From Lama glama (taxonomy: Eukaryota), in the NCBI GenBank assembly GCA_028534125.1, contig CM052818.1:17858001-17922000 (forward strand): DNA of 64,000 nt, read 5' to 3'. Shown one piece after another: positions 61,917 to 64,000 of the stretch (position 1 is the first letter of the stretch; the number at the start of each line of letters is the position of its first letter). The notes under the pieces were generated by a model. It worked only from the letters and a program-made list of their open reading frames with translations. It had not been told where the DNA came from and did no database searches. The position numbers were made by a program, and so were the translations under genes.

Positions 61917-64000
61917 CAGGCATACCTCATTTTACCTCAAATCACTTTCTTGTACTTCAACACTGTGTTTCCTACAAATCAAAGATTTGTGGCAACCGTG
62001 CATCGAGCAATTCTAATGGCGCCGTATTTCCAACAGCATTTGTTCACTTCGTATTTCTGTTACATTTTGGTAATTCTTGCATTATTTCAAACTTTTTTTA
62101 TTATTAATATATTTGTAATGGTAACTCTGTAATGGTAACATCTTTGATGCTACTACTGTAATTGTTTTGGGGCACCATATAAGATGATGAACTTAACAGA
62201 TACTGTTCTGACTGCTCCAGTGACCAGCTGATCCCCTGACCTTCTTCTTCTCCTCGGGCCTCTCTGTTCCCTGAGACACAACAATATTGAAATTAAGCCA
62301 GTTAATAATCCTACAATGGCTTCTAAGTAACCAAGTGAAGGAAGAGCTGCACGTCTCTCACTTACATCAAAACCTAGAAACAATGAAACTTTGTGAGGAA
62401 GGCATGTTGAAAGCCAGATGGGCCAAAGCTACGCCTCTTATGACAAATAGCCAAGTTGTGAATGAAAAGTTCTTGAAGGAAATTGAAAGTGTTACCGCAA
62501 TGAACACACAAACAAGAAAACAAAACAGCCTTATTGCTGACAGAGAGTTTCCATGGTCTGAACAGAAGACTGAACCAGCCACAACATTCCTTTAAGCCAA
62601 AGCCTAATACAGAGCAAGACCCTAACTCTCTTCAATTCCATGGAGGCTGAGAGAAATGAGGAAGCTTCAGAAGAAAAGTTTGAAGCCAGCAGAGTTTGTT
62701 TGGTTCATGAAGTTAAGGAAAAGAAGCCACCTTCGTGGCAAATGCTGATGTAGAAGCTGCCACAAGTGACCCAGAGCATCCAGCTAAGATGACTCATGAA
62801 GGCGGCGACACCACACAACAGATTTTCAAGGCGGTCAGAACAGCCTTCTACTGGGAGATACCATCTAGGACTTTTATAGCTACAGAGAAGTCAATGCCCA
62901 GCTTTACAACTTCAAAGAACAGCTGGCATTTTTGTTAGGGGTAAATGCAGCGAGTAACCTTTTGGTTGAAGCCAGTACTCATTTACCATTCCAAAACATC
63001 CTAGGGCCCCGAAGAATTATGCTAAATTGTGCTCTATCAGTGGAGCAACAGAGATGTGCTGGATATGACAGCAGTGCTCTTTACAACATGGTTTACTGAA
63101 TATTTTAAGCCCACTGTTGAGACTTACTGCTTAGGGGAAAAAAGAAAAAAGATTCCTTTCAAAGTATTACTGTCCACTGGCAAGGTACCTGGTTACCCGA
63201 GAGCACTGATGGAGGTGTACCATGTGATTAATGTTGTTTTTATGCCTGCTAATGCAACATCTATTCTGCAACCTAGGGATCAAGGAGTAAATCCAACTTT
63301 TTAAAAGTCTCAACACTAAAGAAATTTGTTTTTTTAAGGCTATAGCTGCCGTAGATAGTGATTCTTCTGATGGATCTGGACAAAGTAAATTGAAAACCTT
63401 CTGGGAACAATTCAATTCACCATTCTAGATGCCATTAAGAACATCTGTGATTCATAGGAAGAGGTCAAAATGTCAACATTAACAGAGGTTTGAAAGAAAT
63501 TGATTCCAACACACACGGATGACTTTGAGGGGTTCAGGATTTCAGTGGAGGAAGTCACTGCAGATGTGGCAGACACAGCAGAAGAACTAGAATTAGAAGT
63601 GGAGCCAAAAGAGGTGGATTGCTGTAGTCTCATGACAAGATGATGAGTTGCTCCTTATGGATGAACAAAGAAAGCAGTTCCTGAGATGGAAACTATTCCT
63701 GGTGAAGACTGTTAAAATGACAACAAAGCATTCAGAGTATCGCATGAACTTAGTTGATAAAGCAGTGGCAAGACTTGAGAGGACTGACACCAGTACTGAA
63801 AGAAGTTCTACTTTGGGTAAAATGCTATCAAACAGCAATGCGCACTACAGAGAAATTGTGAAAGGAAGAGTCAGCCAATGCCAGCAAACTTGACTGCTGT
63901 CTTACTTTAAAAAACTGCCGCAACCACCGCTCTGATCAGTCAGCAGACATCGACATTCAGGCAAGACCCTGCACTGGCAAAAAGATTACAACTTGCTAGA
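61917..64000 (+). mobile_element. Tigger1 (TcMar-Tigger/pogo) DNA transposon with decayed transposase, continuing past the window end
   Basis: TA at 61915-61916 then TIR CAGGCATACCTC. ATG at 62316 (MASK...). Fragments [69 protein letters not shown] match the Tigger1/TIGD1 transposase, with many stops and frameshifts. Confidence 0.97.

Noticed and set aside
62287..63893. TIGD1-like domesticated transposase gene
   Set aside because: Fragmented over several frames with stops, and embedded in a TIR-bearing Tigger1 copy.

Overview
AT-rich mammalian genomic DNA, not prokaryotic. It is most likely camelid (camel/alpaca/llama): it carries a short tRNA-Ala-derived SINE resembling Vic-1 and several artiodactyl-type L1 3' ends, and I saw no ruminant Bov-A/BovB, pig PRE-1 or primate Alu. 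The window reads as intergenic or deep intronic. I recognise no cellular protein-coding exon, rRNA, functional tRNA or CRISPR array. The only recognisable protein sequence is decayed L1 ORF2, L2 RT and Tigger1 transposase. Much of the window is interspersed repeat (L1, L2, MIR, MaLR/ERV1 LTRs, MER5A/53/58A/94, a near-full-length Tigger1), with two assembly gaps. I found no convincing novel biological system. The most notable structures are: (1) a 154-bp ~90%-identical direct repeat bracketing 1.44 kb of motif-rich DNA and truncating a MER5A (52017-53761); (2) a twin-primed, 5'-inverted L1 with a 13-bp TSD; (3) a young L1 with a perfect TSD; (4) an L1 missing its whole RT region; (5) a tail-to-tail MaLR LTR pair; and (6) several unverified splice-site-bounded exon or small-ORF candidates. 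Repeat family names come from recalled consensus sequences, not database searches, and boundaries of old repeats are approximate.
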